From Gemmatimonadetes bacterium SCN 70-22 (lineage in GTDB: Bacteria; Gemmatimonadota; Gemmatimonadetes; Gemmatimonadales; Gemmatimonadaceae): a DNA stretch of 64,000 nt. Below are positions 62,570-64,000 of the stretch, one piece after another. The stretch is from the NCBI GenBank assembly GCA_001724275.1, contig MEDZ01000009.1, positions 108,543-172,542 on the forward strand, written 5' to 3'. Under the pieces are notes generated by a model, which was given only the letters and a program-made list of their open reading frames with translations, did no database searches and was not told where the DNA came from. The position numbers and the translations under genes were made by a program. Within the stretch, counting starts at the first letter, position 1. Each line of letters begins with the position of its first letter.

Positions 62570-63577
62570 ATGGCCAACGCGATGCTCCTGGCGGCCGCGG
62601 CCGGGGCGCTCGGCGCCCCGCCGCGGGCACGTGCCTCGGGCAGCGCCGGGATCGGCGCATCGCCCCCGGCGAACGGCCGGGTGATCCGGGGAACCTACAG
62701 GAATGCAGCAGGCGAGCGGCCGTACGTGCTCCACGTCCCGGACGGCAGCGCCGCGGCCGGGCGGCGAGGGCTCGTCGTGATGCTCCATGGGTGCACGCAG
62801 GACGCCGACGACATCGCCCGGGGCACGCGCCTGCACGAGGCGGCGGCGCGGAAGGGGTGGCTCGTGCTGTACCCGGAGCAGCCGGTGGCGCACAACCCCA
62901 AGCGATGCTGGAACTGGTTCGACCCCGCGCATCAGGGGCGCGATGCCGGGGAGCCGTCGATCATCGCCGGGCTCACGTCGCAGGTGGTGGCCGACCACCA
63001 GGTCGATCCGCACCGCGTGTACCTGGCGGGGTTGTCGGCAGGAGCCGCGATGGCGGCGCTGGTGGCGGCGGCCTACCCCGAGCGGTACGCCGCGCTGGCG
63101 CTGCATTCCGGCCTGGTGTACGGGGGGGCACACGCGGCGATGGCGGCGGTGGGGGTGATGCAGCGCGGCGTGGCGAGCCCCGAACCGTACGCGGAGTCGG
63201 CCCACCGGGCGATGGGAGGGCGTTCGCGGGTGATCCCCACGCTCGTCATCCACGGCGAGGCGGATGCCGTCGTGGCGCCGATCAACGGTGCGCAGGCGGC
63301 GCGACAGTGGTTCCTGACCAATGCCCTCGCGATGGGGCAGCCGCTCGATACCACGAGCGGGGCGACCGATCGCTCGGAGCGCGAGGAGGGGGGATACCTG
63401 GTGCGCCGGTCGACGTATCGGGCGAAGGACGGGACCCCGCTGTCGCAGCTCGTCATGGTGCGCGGGCTGGGGCATGCGTGGTCTGGTGGGGCGCCCGAGG
63501 GGAGCTTCACGGATCCGCGCGGCCCCGCCGCCACGGCGATGATCCTCGACTTCTTCGCCTCGTCGGGCAGGCGTTAG
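62570..63577 (+). CDS. PHB-depolymerase-family esterase (LpqC-like)
   Basis: VVMLHGCTQDADD..LVLYPEQ..CWNWF..RVYLAGLSAGAAMA..HSGL matches the polyhydroxybutyrate-depolymerase esterase family signature. Confidence 0.8.
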   Translation: MANAMLLAAAAGALGAPPRARASGSAGIGASPPANGRVIRGTYRNAAGERPYVLHVPDGSAAAGRRGLVVMLHGCTQDADDIARGTRLHEAAARKGWLVLYPEQPVAHNPKRCWNWFDPAHQGRDAGEPSIIAGLTSQVVADHQVDPHRVYLAGLSAGAAMAALVAAAYPERYAALALHSGLVYGGAHAAMAAVGVMQRGVASPEPYAESAHRAMGGRSRVIPTLVIHGEADAVVAPINGAQAARQWFLTNALAMGQPLDTTSGATDRSEREEGGYLVRRSTYRAKDGTPLSQLVMVRGLGHAWSGGAPEGSFTDPRGPAATAMILDFFASSGRR

Positions 63578-63584
63578 GCGCGTC

Positions 63585-64000
63585 ATGGCCAGCTCCCCCC
63601 TCCCCGCATTCCCGGCGTACCCCGACCCCATCCGCTGGTGGGGGCGCGTGACCCCGGGGCGCCTCGCGCTGGTGGAGCGGCGGCGCGACCAGCGCCTGAC
63701 GTACGCGGAGCTGGATGCGCTCGCCGACGCCTGGGGCGACGTGCTGGCCATGCACGGCGTGGGGCGCGGCGATCGCGTGGCGACGCTGGCGGGGACCCGC
63801 GTGGCGCAGGTGGCGCTGCTCCATGCGTGCGCGCGCCTGGGCGCGGCGCTCGTGCCGCTCAACTGGCGGCTGGCGGCCCCCGAACTGGCGCGCCTGGTCG
63901 GCAATGCCCGTCCCGCCCTGGTGGTGGGCGAGGGACGCTTCCGGGCGCTGGCGGAAGGGGGAGGGGTGGATGCCACGGGGGCCGCCTGGCTCGAGCTCGC
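63585..64000 (+). CDS. AMP-binding enzyme (acyl-CoA synthetase-like), 5' part, truncated by the window end
   Basis: Open frame from the ATG at 63585 (MASSPLPAFPAYPDPIRWWGRVTPGRLALVERRRDQRLTYAELDALA..VATLAGTRVAQVALLHACARLGAALVPLNWRL). This is a typical N-terminal region of adenylate-forming enzymes. Confidence 0.7.
   Translation, partial: MASSPLPAFPAYPDPIRWWGRVTPGRLALVERRRDQRLTYAELDALADAWGDVLAMHGVGRGDRVATLAGTRVAQVALLHACARLGAALVPLNWRLAAPELARLVGNARPALVVGEGRFRALAEGGGVDATGAAWLEL

Noticed and set aside
142-63579. TTAGGC as a telomere-like repeat, or CGTTAGGC as a restriction-modification target.
   Set aside because: The copies are single and dispersed, never tandem. R-M targets are normally avoided rather than enriched. 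The enrichment itself is kept as a finding.
1-64000. Mobile elements, genomic-island boundaries, and tRNA, rRNA or tmRNA genes.
   Set aside because: I saw no transposase, integrase or phage-like ORFs, no terminal inverted repeats, no cloverleaf-like low-GC segments, and no abrupt compositional shift. The only lower-GC patches are short regulatory-looking spacers.

Overview
This 64-kb window is about 70% GC (estimated by eye) and gene-dense, with roughly 60 CDS on both strands. I found no rRNA, tRNA, CRISPR array, transposase, integrase or prophage genes. The gene content (many secreted peptidases and amidohydrolases, SusC/SusD pairs, TonB-dependent receptors) suggests a chromosomal region of a high-GC Gram-negative bacterium, possibly Gemmatimonadota-like; that placement is inference only.

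Main blocks:
- 1-2378: a membrane OmpA-domain protein with a Roadblock-like segment, followed by a Rab/Ras-like small GTPase.
- 3-16 kb: amino-acid and peptide catabolic enzymes (Dat, asparaginase, M20 peptidase, amidohydrolases, a PQQ dehydrogenase).
- 19.1-21.6 kb: a MarR regulator, a VOC dioxygenase and a carboxylesterase (mhq-like quinone-detoxification module) with two copies of an 18-bp operator.
- 26.8-29.3 kb: a CDGSH / epimerase / DHDPS-like operon whose last gene is frameshifted.
- 29.5-32.8 kb: a TonB-dependent receptor with two PepSY proteins.
- 38.9-51.7 kb: a SusC/SusD peptide-utilisation locus with three S9 peptidases and a TAT-exported cupredoxin-like lipoprotein.
- 51.9-53.5 kb: msrPQ.
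- 53.6-60.0 kb: a LacI-headed, translationally coupled six-gene operon (non-canonical KAS III-like protein, acyl-CoA synthetase, small membrane protein, Na+/solute symporter, MaoC hydratase).
- 60.1-64.0 kb: a TonB-dependent receptor, a PHB-depolymerase-family esterase and a second AMP-ligase.

The most unusual signal is at DNA-word level. The asymmetric 8-mer CGTTAGGC occurs 20 times, against roughly 2-3 expected from base composition, and it carries nearly every TTA codon in the window. Several families of short tandem or dispersed repeats sit at gene boundaries.

All calls come from by-eye motif recognition and manual frame arithmetic. No database searches or computations were run.
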